Of a stretch of DNA of 64,000 nucleotides, positions 43,643 to 54,208 are shown piece after piece. This DNA comes from an uncultured delta proteobacterium (GTDB taxonomy: Bacteria > Bdellovibrionota > FAC87 > UBA2466), in the NCBI GenBank assembly GCA_963778115.1, contig CAVZSV010000005.1, positions 32,001 to 96,000 on the forward strand, written 5' to 3'. How positions within the stretch are numbered: position 1 is the first letter of the stretch; each line of letters begins with the position of its first letter. A program made the position numbers and the translations under genes. Below the pieces are notes generated by a model that saw only the letters and a program-made list of their open reading frames with translations, searched no databases and was not told where the DNA came from.

Positions 43643-44890
43643 ATGAATACCGCTAAGGCTAAACTGATTTTTAAATTTGTGGCTCGTAACTGGGTGGTAA
43701 CAAGTATTTTGGCCTTTTCGCTTCTTCAAGCTTGTAGCAATAACAACAATAATTCGACTCAGTCCGGTTCGGGATCGCTAAGCTGTGTGAGTTCCGCGGC
43801 TTTGGTGTCGGGAGCTGACACCGCAGGTAGTACCGATACGGTAAATAATATCGTCGTGGATATTTCAAACGGTACTGGCCCGTATTCGATTACGCTTCCG
43901 GGGCAAACGGCCGTGACCAGTTCCACCTCAGATTATCAGTCCTCGAGCACTATTTCGATTACCAATGGAACGTCCGCGGTTTCGGTGACTGATACGAGTA
44001 CTTCCACGGCAACTTCATGTGTGATTGTGGTCCCCTCGCCCGTGACGAGTCTTCCTTCCATCACGCCATCTCCCAGTGCTTCTGTTATCGAAGGCAATAC
44101 CATTACGCTAGTAGCCGTAGCAACCGACGGAAATACGTCTCCTACATTTACTTTCACGTTAGCCGCATCCATCACCGGAGTGACGCTGACTACGATTTCG
44201 AATACCGAGGCTCAAGTGACTAGCACTGTCGCTACCCCAGTGACTGTGGTGCTCACCGAATCCTCGGGTTCAACCGTAACCGAGACGACCTCGATCAACC
44301 TGACCTTCCTGTCTAATGCCTCGGGCTCCTCCTCAGCGGTGGCCGTAAGCGCTTCTCCTTCGACAACGACTACCGTGGGATCCTCGATAACCGTTTTGGC
44401 TCAGGACACGGCGGGATACACGAACCCAGTATTTGATTTTACTTGGTCGAGTTCACTCACGTCTGGAATCAGTCTGTCCCCAGTGGGAACCAATGAAACC
44501 ATCGTCAGCAGCTCTGAGCAGGGAACGGTCACTATTAACGTTAACGAATATTCGTCAGGTAATTTAGTATCGACCGGCGTCATCACCCTTACTTTCACGA
44601 GCTCGTCGGGTGGCGGTTCTAGCAATGGGATAAGCTGCTCGCTTTCAGTGGGAGCGCAATACACTTACATGGGGTATAGCGTGATTCCCTTTACCGTCTC
44701 GTCCAGTACTTATGGCTTTATTTCGGTAACTCAGATCGGAACTACACAGACATGCGATTACTTCTCGAAAACCGACGGATTTCTGCTCTGGTGTCCGCCA
44801 GGCAGTACCGAAGTGGTGAATGTCCTAGCCACCGTGGGTGGAGTGAGTTGCAATAGCGGTTCGCCGATGTCGACCACCGTAAACTACTAA
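43643..44890 (+). CDS. Ser/Thr-rich lipoprotein with tandem Ig-like beta repeats
   Basis: Lipobox LQAC; about 90-aa repeats; resembles 54502-56031. Confidence 0.7.
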   Translation: MNTAKAKLIFKFVARNWVVTSILAFSLLQACSNNNNNSTQSGSGSLSCVSSAALVSGADTAGSTDTVNNIVVDISNGTGPYSITLPGQTAVTSSTSDYQSSSTISITNGTSAVSVTDTSTSTATSCVIVVPSPVTSLPSITPSPSASVIEGNTITLVAVATDGNTSPTFTFTLAASITGVTLTTISNTEAQVTSTVATPVTVVLTESSGSTVTETTSINLTFLSNASGSSSAVAVSASPSTTTTVGSSITVLAQDTAGYTNPVFDFTWSSSLTSGISLSPVGTNETIVSSSEQGTVTINVNEYSSGNLVSTGVITLTFTSSSGGGSSNGISCSLSVGAQYTYMGYSVIPFTVSSSTYGFISVTQIGTTQTCDYFSKTDGFLLWCPPGSTEVVNVLATVGGVSCNSGSPMSTTVNY

Positions 44891-44912
44891 GGCTGTTTGC
44901 GTTCCTCAATCG

Positions 44913-45197
44913 TCAGCTAATTTTCTTGAGTTGTCTCGACCAAAGGGAGAGCCAGACGAGAAGTAGAGCTAGCATCCACACCAGTAATTTAAAATCGATG
45001 ATAGTGCGTAGCCAGATGTCTTGAATCTGAGGCCACGTAGCGCCCTCACCCCATACGGCTAGAAACCATCCTGGCTTCGCCTTCATCATAGGGAGATAAA
45101 TTAACCACTGAAGGAGAACCAATACCCAAGCTAGCAAAAACACCCACCATCCCGCAAGGGTTGCGGCTTTAAGTCTTTTCGTGAAGAGATCGTTCAT
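44913..45197 (-). CDS. Small two-TM membrane protein
   Basis: AGGAGG RBS; two Trp-rich hydrophobic segments. Confidence 0.65.
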   Translation of the reverse strand: MNDLFTKRLKAATLAGWWVFLLAWVLVLLQWLIYLPMMKAKPGWFLAVWGEGATWPQIQDIWLRTIIDFKLLVWMLALLLVWLSLWSRQLKKIS

Positions 45198-45274
45198 AGG
45201 AAATCCTCCTGGTTCAATTCTAACCGGCTGGCTAGAAGCAGGGGAGGTAATAAAACAATAAAACGAGCGGCGCG

Positions 45275-46669
45275 CTAGACGGAAAAGGGCTCTCTGCCCA
45301 GAGTGAACCAGAAGGTGCTTCCGCGTCCCTCCGTGGAAGTCACCCAGATTCGGCCGCCGTGGCGTTCGACGATCTTTTTGCAGACGGCAAGCCCAATTCC
45401 CGATCCCGGATATTGCTCCTGGGTGTGGAGGCGCTGGAACATTAAGAAGATGCGATCTTTTTGGTTGGGATTAATTCCTATTCCGTTATCAGAAACCGAA
45501 AACAACCACTCGTGTTGTTTCTGTTCACCACAGACGCGAATCTCTGGTTTTGGGCCAGAAGCAAACTTGAGACTATTTGCAATCAGATTTTGAAACAGCT
45601 GAAAGATCTGAGTCGAATCTCCATTCACGTGAGGAAGCCCCTGCAACTCGATAGACGCCTCGGCCGCTTCGATGCTGTCTTTGAGCTGCAAGAGAACCTC
45701 TTTTACCACGGCCGCCGTCTCTACTTTTCCGAAACTCATCGACGAACAGCCGATACGGCTGTAACTAAGAAGGCCTTCGATGAGACTCTTCATCCGCTTT
45801 GCTCCGCCGACCGCATAGTTGATAAATTCTTCGGCATCTTTATCAAGTTGGTGCTGATAGCGTTGGTGTACCAGGGTTAAATAGCTTGTAATCATGCGAA
45901 GGGGTTCCTGCAGATCGTGAGAAGCCACATACGCGAATTGTTCCAGGTCTTGGTTGGACCGTGAGAGACTTAGGGCCTGAGCCTGAGCTTCGAGTTGCCT
46001 ATAGTGAAGATCGGTGACGTCGCGTCCGATGACGGAATAGTAGGAGCGATTGCCGTTGCGATCGGAAACGGGTGAGAGCGTAAAAGCAATCAGAACTCTC
46101 TCGCCGCCTTTTTTAAGTTTCCAGGCCTGATAGTTTAGCAGGGGTTTTCCCTCTTTAAGTTGCTCGTAAACCCGGCGAACCGCATCATGAGTTTCCGGGG
46201 GAGAGAGTCGCAATGTGGTGTGTCCAATGATCTCATCCGCGCTATATCCAAAAGTCTTTTCCGCTCCGTGGTTCCAGGTAAGAACCTTACCTGAGAGATC
46301 GACACTGAAAATAATATCCTCGGATTGTCTTGCGATGGCGGCGAGTCGGGCTTCCGATTCATCTATGGTAGAGGGAGAAAGGGCAGATAGAAGCGCGCGC
46401 TGGGGCAGCAACGGGCGGAATAATCCCGCCAGCGCCAATAGAAGACTCGTTCCCCCCAGGACATAGAAACCCCCGTGATGACGAAAAGAAGAATGAGCTG
46501 GATGGAGTCGGAAGAAGAGGGGAAAGTGAATTCTCACTTGCCACAAAAGCACTAGCCCCGCTGCCAAGATGACTGCGAAGGCTATTTCAGAAAGCCCTTC
46601 GGATAACCCGATGTCGATCATGCCGATGTCAAGGATGCCGGATAGTTTCCTCAGTTCGGAACCGGTCAT
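45275..46669 (-). CDS. PAS-domain sensor histidine kinase
   Basis: WNHGAEKTFGY PAS; FAYVASHDLQEPLR H-box, QNLIANSLKF, DNGIGI, GSGIGLA. Confidence 0.93.
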   Translation of the reverse strand: MTGSELRKLSGILDIGMIDIGLSEGLSEIAFAVILAAGLVLLWQVRIHFPLFFRLHPAHSSFRHHGGFYVLGGTSLLLALAGLFRPLLPQRALLSALSPSTIDESEARLAAIARQSEDIIFSVDLSGKVLTWNHGAEKTFGYSADEIIGHTTLRLSPPETHDAVRRVYEQLKEGKPLLNYQAWKLKKGGERVLIAFTLSPVSDRNGNRSYYSVIGRDVTDLHYRQLEAQAQALSLSRSNQDLEQFAYVASHDLQEPLRMITSYLTLVHQRYQHQLDKDAEEFINYAVGGAKRMKSLIEGLLSYSRIGCSSMSFGKVETAAVVKEVLLQLKDSIEAAEASIELQGLPHVNGDSTQIFQLFQNLIANSLKFASGPKPEIRVCGEQKQHEWLFSVSDNGIGINPNQKDRIFLMFQRLHTQEQYPGSGIGLAVCKKIVERHGGRIWVTSTEGRGSTFWFTLGREPFSV

Positions 46670-47017
46670 GTGAACCCCACCTTTCCCCTGCCGTTGCGGT
46701 TTTTATATCCCCCGCCCGCACGCTACGCTTGGTCGCTTTCGCTAGGTCGAATTCGAATACTCTGGTTCCACAATATAACGCGCAGCGAAAAACACAATGG
46801 CATTTTTTGCTTGTTGTCTAGTTTTGCCCCCCAACGGCGCGCGGCTAGCCTTGGGTGGGCTGGATTCTGCCGTTACGTATTAAATGTGGCACTCAATAAT
46901 TCCGCTAGAGGGATTGGTAAGCCTTTCGAAGGACGTCCGCGATATCAATTGCTTGCAAGTATACGCCCAGTAATCCGTAGATTCGAAACCAGGAATTTGG
47001 TATAAGCCCAAACTCGC

Positions 47018-47986
47018 ATGAACTTTCCAACCCCAATAAGCGTTTGCGTTGTTCTACTTTTGGGGCTCTCTCTGCCGGCAATCGGAGCGGGACCTAAGAC
47101 ACCAGAGGCCGCTTTTGAATCCCTTTTCTCCGATGATGATCTAGTCTATCCCTTGGCCGAAGAGAAGCTGAGTAACTACCACGTCCAATCCAGCCAGTTG
47201 CAGGAGGGGGAGTTACACGATCAGATCATGAGGGGACTAAATGACACGAGAACCAGGGTACGATTTACTACCTGTGTCTTTCTATCGACAAAGATGTTTC
47301 CGCGCAACGTTCCTTCACCGGAGCCAGAAACGAAATCGAGTGATGACTTGCTTAACAAGGTAACGAATCTTTCGGATAACGATCCGGAAAGTAAAGTCCG
47401 CTCGATGGCGACACTAGTGCTTATGAAGCAGGACTCAGCCAGATATTTCCCACGTCTGGTATCCTTGCTTTATATCCCAGACACTCTCACTTACGTTGAG
47501 TCCTATCTTCATAAGACTCGAGTAAAGAACCTTGAGGAAGACGAATTACGGCAGTTTGTCGTCCATGCAGAGCATTCCCAGGCTAAGGTCCGCAGATTCG
47601 TGGCGGATCTCATCGTACAAAAAGCGAATTATGTTCCTAGCTATTTTATCTTGGCGATCGGGAGCGTCGCGCAAGCTCGCAGAGAATATGTTAACTACAT
47701 GGACTCCCTCCTCGAATCCGTTCCCCTTCCTAGGAATAGAAATGTTTTGAAAATGGCAATGCCTAGACTTCTGGCTAGCGATAACAAAAGAGTTCGAGTG
47801 TTAGCTCAGAAATTTTCTGATCGGTTGGAGAGAGAGCCCGTCGACGATAGCACACCGGCTCAAGATGAAACCGACGATTCCTTTGATTCCTCTCTTGCTT
47901 GTGGAACTCGGATAAAGAAACGAGCAAATGCGCGGTTAGGAATGAATATCCCCTTTGGTGCCAAAGCCAACGCAGGCTCACGTTAA
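47018..47986 (+). CDS. Exported helical (HEAT-repeat-like) protein
   Basis: Signal peptide; recurring D...VR..A units (NDTRTRVR, DPESKVRSMA, SQAKVRRFVA, SDNKRVRVLA). Confidence 0.6.
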   Translation: MNFPTPISVCVVLLLGLSLPAIGAGPKTPEAAFESLFSDDDLVYPLAEEKLSNYHVQSSQLQEGELHDQIMRGLNDTRTRVRFTTCVFLSTKMFPRNVPSPEPETKSSDDLLNKVTNLSDNDPESKVRSMATLVLMKQDSARYFPRLVSLLYIPDTLTYVESYLHKTRVKNLEEDELRQFVVHAEHSQAKVRRFVADLIVQKANYVPSYFILAIGSVAQARREYVNYMDSLLESVPLPRNRNVLKMAMPRLLASDNKRVRVLAQKFSDRLEREPVDDSTPAQDETDDSFDSSLACGTRIKKRANARLGMNIPFGAKANAGSR

Positions 47987-48091
47987 CGGTTCACAAAATC
48001 CTTAACGCGGAGCCCTTGCTCATCGGTTCAATCTTTCCAATAATCCAGTTCTCTAAGAAGTCTTAATTGCGAACATCATGGGGGTAAAAAC

Positions 48092-48907
48092 ATGAAAGCC
48101 AGTATTTTGTCTATTTTGTCAGCCTTTGTCCTTTGCTTGCCGTTAGCGGCAATGCAACAGACTCCTTCTAAACACGACGCTATCCGATTGGAAGCCGTGG
48201 TGGCCGAAGCTTTCGCCGTCGATCTTACTACGGTAACTCAGACGACCGGAACCTATGCCGCTTTGGAATTGCCAACTTGGCTATCGATCAACGCTAATGG
48301 GATTCTATTCGGAACTCCGACGTCCGCTAACATGGGTGATAACCAACTTTTTATCACGGTCAACAACGACTCCGGCGAAAAGGATTTTAATATTGTAGTC
48401 TCCGTCGTGGATGCTCCGACTCAAGTTAAGTACCAGTGGCAAACGAATGTTGAAGATGCTTTTAAGGTCGATCTTCAGACGCTGGAGACCACCGGCGTGA
48501 GCTTCGCCTATGTAGGACTTCCTTCGTTCCTACAAGGGCTAGCGAGCGGAACGATTTTCGGTATTCCCGCACAGTCGGATGTGGGCGATCATAAGTTCAC
48601 GGTAAAGATCACCAATGCGGCGGGAACCTTAACTACCATTACCGTACAGGTCACGGTCAACGATCCTTCGGCCACTGGGATGACCTTCAAGGAAGGCGAC
48701 GCTCTATCCATCAACGCCTACAACTTGATCCAAGCGCCCGGCCTTTATTACTTTTCAAATCTGCCGACGTGGATTGCGGTGGGCCAGGATCTCGTATTGA
48801 GTGGTGTTGTTCCGGCTGGAGCCGCCGGCACTTATGCTATCCCGGTTCAAGTGGTTTATGCCGGAGTTACTACTAATTATGAGATCGATTTTACGATCAC
48901 TAAATAA
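48092..48907 (+). CDS. Exported protein with three putative Ig (He_PIG/cadherin-like) repeats
   Basis: LPTWLSI..GILFGTP, LPSFL..GTIFGIP, LPTWIAV..LSGVVP. Confidence 0.75.
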   Translation: MKASILSILSAFVLCLPLAAMQQTPSKHDAIRLEAVVAEAFAVDLTTVTQTTGTYAALELPTWLSINANGILFGTPTSANMGDNQLFITVNNDSGEKDFNIVVSVVDAPTQVKYQWQTNVEDAFKVDLQTLETTGVSFAYVGLPSFLQGLASGTIFGIPAQSDVGDHKFTVKITNAAGTLTTITVQVTVNDPSATGMTFKEGDALSINAYNLIQAPGLYYFSNLPTWIAVGQDLVLSGVVPAGAAGTYAIPVQVVYAGVTTNYEIDFTITK

Positions 48908-48933
48908 GTAGTCGACGTTCGCTAGATTTAAGA

Positions 48934-48974
48934 AAGGGCCCCAGGTTCTGTTAGAATCTGGGCCTTTTTTTTTT
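48934..48974 (+). terminator. Probable intrinsic terminator
   Basis: AAGGGCCCCAGGTTCT ... AGAATCTGGGCCTT hairpin followed by a long T run. Confidence 0.65.
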
Positions 48975-48978
48975 GTTT

Positions 48979-49704
48979 TTAAGGGAGTTCTACTTTGATC
49001 GTCCAAGCTTCACCTACTTGGATTGCATCAGATCCCCATGAAGTGTGAGTAGGATGACGCGAAAAAGTGTGTATGAGTCCGACTCCAGGCGAATAGGTAT
49101 TGATTCCGCTGGTGTCCCCGTACTGGCCTTCAAAAATCTCGTTAAAGCAGTCGTTATAAACGGCACCCGTTTCGGGAACCAAAATCTGTCCGGCTTTTTC
49201 CCAACGGTGGTGGCTAATGCCCTGCGGGTTACTCTCCCTGGCAAAGACGGGCAGAAGGTCTGAGAGCCTGGCGACCGATGTCCATTCAAGACCATGGCTG
49301 GGAAGGGGATGCTCCGCAAATGAAATCCAATCATTATGAGAGTTAGACCAGACCAAAGTGTTTCCTGCGCTCTTATAAGTAAAGCTGGGAGCCGATAGCG
49401 TGCCTGGCAAGTCGATCTTGTCGCGACGTCGGCAAAGCTTGCCCTTCATCATCACAGTTGCGACATCCACAAAAACGTAAGTTTCGACCGGGCCTTGCTC
49501 TAATAAAGACTCGCCCGTGGGGCTAACTACCTTAGTCGTGCTGTGTACTGTGACCTTACGTCCCGGGACAAAGGGAAAAAAATCACCCGCCTTCGTCGCG
49601 GTTAAGGCACACCCGGTAATGGGGTTAGCTTCTATTGTCTTAGACAGAATAATCACGGAAATTAGAAGCATCGTGAGTAAGACTAGCAATAAGCGGATCT
49701 TCAT
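48979..49704 (-). CDS. Exported hypothetical protein
   Basis: Signal peptide; beta-rich, YSPGVGLI near the C-terminus. Confidence 0.65.
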   Translation of the reverse strand: MKIRLLLVLLTMLLISVIILSKTIEANPITGCALTATKAGDFFPFVPGRKVTVHSTTKVVSPTGESLLEQGPVETYVFVDVATVMMKGKLCRRRDKIDLPGTLSAPSFTYKSAGNTLVWSNSHNDWISFAEHPLPSHGLEWTSVARLSDLLPVFARESNPQGISHHRWEKAGQILVPETGAVYNDCFNEIFEGQYGDTSGINTYSPGVGLIHTFSRHPTHTSWGSDAIQVGEAWTIKVELP

Positions 49705-49718
49705 AGATGAGCCATCTT

Positions 49719-51446
49719 CTACTGGGTCTTTGTCTTTTCTAATAACCAGACATGAGCATCACGGTTTTCATAGTGAGCGTACCATTGCCGAATCAGTCCA
49801 TCGGCGGGTCGTGTCCACTGGGCGGCACGTTCATTCGCTATCTCATGTGCGGCGGCCGTCCAGGGCATCAGGACTCCTCCTCGATCTACGTAGGGCGGTT
49901 TCCATGGCCAGGTTTTGAGCATGAACTTTAAGTGGGGGGCCTGCTCGCATCCTTGAGCGTAGACGAACTCATACGCATCGTGGTTGGTCCAACGCTTCCG
50001 TTCGGCAAGACGCCATGCTTTGCAGCGTTCGGTAAAATCCTTTCGCAGTGCCCTAAGTTCGTTGAGTAGCGTTGCGGCGTCACTACTGACAGCAGTGTCA
50101 GGTTGAATAAGGGGGATGTCCGTATAGCGTGTGACCTTTCCAGTCGTCGTAAGGGTAACGGTAACGGAGAGAGGCAGGTCAACCTGATAGGCGATGGGAT
50201 GAACTAGCGGGGGGAACTCCCCGCGTTCTATTCCCTCAGCATCAAAACGAAGGGTGGGGACCGATTCATAGTCTCGTTCGATGACAACATCGGAGACTGG
50301 GAGTTGATTTGCTATCTCACGCGTAAGATCGTTTCTAACATCGTCCTCCCATTTGTTTTGGTGTTTGGCATTGAAGTTATCGAGAGCAATGTTCTTATAA
50401 GTGGCCTCTTTGGCATATTCAGCCGCCGTAAGATTGGCAAAACCATAGATATCGCCCTGAACGACCATGTCGATTCTTAGTTCATTATCTGCTAATGCAC
50501 CGGGGTCTTTTTTCTTAGCCGCAGCGGGGGAACGTTTGGCAATCAGCCAAACCGAGGGCTCCTCATCTTGAAATTCCACTTTCCATCCGCGCCATTGGGT
50601 CGAGTAGTGGGGATTTCCGTAAACTTCAGATCCAAAGAGCCTCTTATGGTAGTAGCCCCATCGTTGAAACTCGGCTACCCAGTGGTTGTCCTCGTCAGCG
50701 CAAGGCAGATGCCAAGGATCTTGCGCATAGACAAAGAAGTATCCGGGGACGTGCTTTACTCTCTCTTTGACGACATCCCACCAGGGGACCACCGCCGCCG
50801 TATAGCTAGAGAGCGCTTCGTTGTTCGCTTTTACCGCGCGATCGGTATCGAAATAATAGTCTCTGGAATTTCCTTCGATAGGCATATCGAAAGCAACCCT
50901 CACGAGCTTTAGGTTTTGGGTTTCGTCCAAGACTAACCTAGCTTTGACCTCGGCATGAGCGACGGCGTAGTAGCCGTAGATGGGCCCCGATCTCGGGTCT
51001 TCGTCGAGTTGTCGTGTTGTTGGGTAGCTCTTAGAAGGAGTGGGGCCAATGCCACCGTGCGGGAAGCGCGCGATCTCTACCTTATCCACCGTGGGTGGGC
51101 TGACCGCTACTTTTGCGACGGTAACTCCTCTAAGCTGAGAAACGGCTCCTTCCAGTCTCTCTCGGACCTTCGTTTCATGCTGGCCTTCCCATCCCTCGGG
51201 AAATTGCTTCTTCCACGCGGCACCCGCTTCAAACATTTGTGCGACCTCTTTCCCGGGACGGTAAGGAACCATGGGGCCTCGTAATTCAATGCGGTATTGA
51301 ATTACGGTTTCATCAGAATTAGCGCGATCTCTGAGATCATTTGAGTCACCTAACTCAACGAGGTTGTTCGGTTCGACGAGCGCTAGTGAGTGCATAGAAA
51401 TAGATAGAGCCGCAAAAACAGCAAAGGCTAACGAGTTCGTTCGCAT
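49719..51446 (-). CDS. Exported hypothetical protein made of two homologous halves
   Basis: AAGGA RBS, signal peptide ending SLA; paired motifs in the two halves. Confidence 0.7.
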   Translation of the reverse strand: MRTNSLAFAVFAALSISMHSLALVEPNNLVELGDSNDLRDRANSDETVIQYRIELRGPMVPYRPGKEVAQMFEAGAAWKKQFPEGWEGQHETKVRERLEGAVSQLRGVTVAKVAVSPPTVDKVEIARFPHGGIGPTPSKSYPTTRQLDEDPRSGPIYGYYAVAHAEVKARLVLDETQNLKLVRVAFDMPIEGNSRDYYFDTDRAVKANNEALSSYTAAVVPWWDVVKERVKHVPGYFFVYAQDPWHLPCADEDNHWVAEFQRWGYYHKRLFGSEVYGNPHYSTQWRGWKVEFQDEEPSVWLIAKRSPAAAKKKDPGALADNELRIDMVVQGDIYGFANLTAAEYAKEATYKNIALDNFNAKHQNKWEDDVRNDLTREIANQLPVSDVVIERDYESVPTLRFDAEGIERGEFPPLVHPIAYQVDLPLSVTVTLTTTGKVTRYTDIPLIQPDTAVSSDAATLLNELRALRKDFTERCKAWRLAERKRWTNHDAYEFVYAQGCEQAPHLKFMLKTWPWKPPYVDRGGVLMPWTAAAHEIANERAAQWTRPADGLIRQWYAHYENRDAHVWLLEKTKTQ

Positions 51447-51583
51447 GGCATCCTTCTTAAGTGAACTAGATAAATTCAGCCAAAGTAACCGGCCAAATAA
51501 ATCGAATTGCTGCACCATACCAAAAGTTTTAGCAAGGTCCAGCACTTCGATTTGAGCGGATGCTTTGACTCTCGTTGATAAAA

Positions 51584-52288
51584 TTAGTCGGCGTTTTCTA
51601 ACGTGGGGTCGATTTGATGCAAATATTCGGGGGTGGCTTCTAATACCTCCACGGCAATGGCCACCTTTTTGCGAGCGATTTGTGGCGCGGCTTGGGGCTG
51701 GGCCTGTGGGCCTTGCACTGGTTGAACCCCAATGGGAGTTTTGAATAGGACGCCACTTACCGTGTTTTCCACAAAGCGATGGGGAATGACTTCGGACTCG
51801 CTAAGCCCCACATGCGAGAAGAAAGTTTGCGAAAAAAGATCGTTACTTGCCACCATCACACGGACGTCTTCGACACCGGGAATCGTTTTGGCTTTGGCGA
51901 CGACTCTATTGACGAGGTCACGCCCGACCCCTTGTCTTTCGAAATTCTTGGAGACTGCAATCCTTAGAATATTAATGAAATGAGTTCGGCGTTCCACAAC
52001 GACATAGCCCACGACCCTTTCCTCGCGAACGGCAACAAACCCGAAATTGCCTTCGACGTTTAGCTGATCGTGAACGGAGTAACCTGGGGAATAGGGAGAT
52101 AACTCCGCTTCGCGCTCTTCGCTGATAGCTTCTACCTGAGGGACGGGAATCTCTCCGCCTAAGGCGAAGACATCTCGAACGATTCCGGCACAGTTAGGGT
52201 CTTTAGCGTAACTGCTCTGAGCGATTAGAGTAAGACCGACAAAAAAGAAGACTTTGAATGACTGGTTCTCTCCCGAAAAAGCTCCCAT
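51584..52288 (-). CDS. GNAT (RimI-like) acetyltransferase with a predicted signal peptide
   Basis: VVGYVV, ILRIAV..FERQGVGRDL, N..SQTFF..GL; leader ending SYA. Confidence 0.75.
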   Translation of the reverse strand: MGAFSGENQSFKVFFFVGLTLIAQSSYAKDPNCAGIVRDVFALGGEIPVPQVEAISEEREAELSPYSPGYSVHDQLNVEGNFGFVAVREERVVGYVVVERRTHFINILRIAVSKNFERQGVGRDLVNRVVAKAKTIPGVEDVRVMVASNDLFSQTFFSHVGLSESEVIPHRFVENTVSGVLFKTPIGVQPVQGPQAQPQAAPQIARKKVAIAVEVLEATPEYLHQIDPTLENAD

Positions 52289-52511
52289 GCTTACCCCCAA
52301 TAGATTTACCTAAACCTATTTGAGAGGGCGAAGCCAGCCCTATTTTTTGGAGTGTGCAGACACCCCCCGATAAAGGAAAGGATCCATTGGCTTTTCGTCG
52401 ATGGTCCCTGTCGCGTTTTTGAGACAATCTATCTTATTGCGTATGGATCGAAACTCATCTTGTTTTGAGGGACCAAATCGGTATATGCGCCTGCAACATT
52501 TATGGAGGTAA

Positions 52512-53258
52512 GTGATGAAGTACTGTTTGGTTCTGTTGTTGGTAGTGGTGGTTACTGCGTGCAGTGATGATAAGCACGATGCCGGAAATGGAGGAGGCGA
52601 TGGCTTCTCCGGTGGCGGGTCGGGAATGGGCAGCTCCCAGCCTGCTTTAAACGATTCCCGCGAAGTGGCTTGGATGCGTCAAGCGCTGGTTCAAGAGATC
52701 AATTCACAACGGACCAAACTGAAGCAACAATTTAAGGACCAAGACTTACCCCCGGATATGGGGGAAAAGGCCGACCAATTGTTTGGCGAACTGGCTAACA
52801 AGATAGCCATTACGCCCGCCAGTAGTACTGAGGAGCTGAAAAATCTCACCCAGAGTGAGTTAGGCAAGACAATGAAACAAGCCATGGCCATGGCAACAGC
52901 GAAGATCACGGCCAATGCCCCAAAACGCATCGGGCCGGAACCCAAGCCCGGAGAAAAGCGAGACGCGGTTGACGCTAGTGGAAATTGCACGAACGATCTG
53001 ATGGTGGATATGACCAATTTTGCCCTGAAGGCGGCGGCTATGGCAGGTACGATCGCCGAACTAGCAAGCGAGAATCCCCCCAATCCGCAAAAGCTAAAAG
53101 TCCTTTTCTCAGGTATCGTCAATGACTGTGACACCATCGTCGATCGCTACGGGGATACCGCGGTTTGTAAGCAAACGACGGGAACGATGGAGATCGTTCG
53201 AATGTCAGAGTTCAAAGACAAATGCACCGATGCCCGTAGGCAGTTGGACGGGATTTAA
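52512..53258 (+). CDS. Helical lipoprotein of unknown function
   Basis: GGAGG RBS, lipobox VTAC, Gly-rich linker, four C-terminal Cys. Confidence 0.75.
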   Translation: MMKYCLVLLLVVVVTACSDDKHDAGNGGGDGFSGGGSGMGSSQPALNDSREVAWMRQALVQEINSQRTKLKQQFKDQDLPPDMGEKADQLFGELANKIAITPASSTEELKNLTQSELGKTMKQAMAMATAKITANAPKRIGPEPKPGEKRDAVDASGNCTNDLMVDMTNFALKAAAMAGTIAELASENPPNPQKLKVLFSGIVNDCDTIVDRYGDTAVCKQTTGTMEIVRMSEFKDKCTDARRQLDGI

Positions 53259-53499
53259 TCGGAAATAGGACAAAGGAGCGGCGCTCCGGTTTAACGGTAA
53301 CCCGGGGGCCGCTCCTTGGGCCCTGACTCCGATTCCGCATAGAGTAAGCGAGTTCCCAGAGCCCAGAACATGACTATGAATAGGATGATTAAAGGCTTCA
53401 TGAGCAATCCCCCTGACTGAATTTGCGAAATGAACGAGGTGAAACGCCAATGGTAGAGGGGAACTAGGTTTTGTTCAAACGGTGACTGTTATCCCAGTA

Positions 53500-54048
53500 T
53501 CACTTGGGTGGAGGGATTTCTCGGAATTGGTTGATGGCGTCCCAATTCTGCGCCGAGCGATCCACGAAATAGGGCGTCGCTCGGGCTTCACGCAGTGGAA
53601 AATACAAGAAACAGACTTTGGATGAGATCGTATCCCTAGGTGGCTTCGTACTCTTTAAAGAGATATCGAGACGATATCCCGGATAGCCTTCGCCTATTTC
53701 AGATAATTTCGCCTTTAACTCTCTTTGATCGCTTTCCCAGCGTATCGTTTTTGTCCAGGCTCTTTGAACGTCGTCGTAGATCGCAATGTCCTTGGAACGC
53801 CCACTGAAAGAATCACTGTCTTGCTGAAGCGAGGCCAGAAAGCTATTTCGCGAAATGGGTTTTTCCCTAAGGGCCAAGACATCAAAGGGGTCGCTATCAA
53901 AATTAAAGAGGGCGGCAACGAACATGGTCTTGGCACTTCCGGCGGTAGCGCAAGGACCCATCCACACCCCTTTTTGGGGAAGGTCTTTTACCTCTGCCCA
54001 CGAACCTACCGAGAGCAAGCCTGCCAAAAGTAATCCCAAACTACGCAT
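53500..54048 (-). CDS. Exported hypothetical protein
   Basis: AGGAGG RBS; signal peptide ending SWA. Confidence 0.7.
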   Translation of the reverse strand: MRSLGLLLAGLLSVGSWAEVKDLPQKGVWMGPCATAGSAKTMFVAALFNFDSDPFDVLALREKPISRNSFLASLQQDSDSFSGRSKDIAIYDDVQRAWTKTIRWESDQRELKAKLSEIGEGYPGYRLDISLKSTKPPRDTISSKVCFLYFPLREARATPYFVDRSAQNWDAINQFREIPPPK

Positions 54049-54208
54049 ACCGGACCTCCTTAAAGTATCCGTTACCTTCAAGGTAACCGATCCCTAAGTG
54101 GCATTATTCGATAGATTCCGCAAGAGTTACCCTCTAAGGGGGGACGGTAGGCAGGATTGCAGCGGCGCGTGTTGACCCAGCGGGCGGTGGTTCCTACGAT
54201 TGCTTTCT

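Noticed and set aside
52479..52496. sigma54 box upstream of the 52512 lipoprotein
   Set aside because: GG-to-GC spacing is 11 nt and the match to consensus is weak.
53273..53317. GC-rich hairpin as an ncRNA
   Set aside because: It sits just after a stop codon between convergent genes, so a terminator-like stem is sufficient. Nothing else supports an ncRNA.
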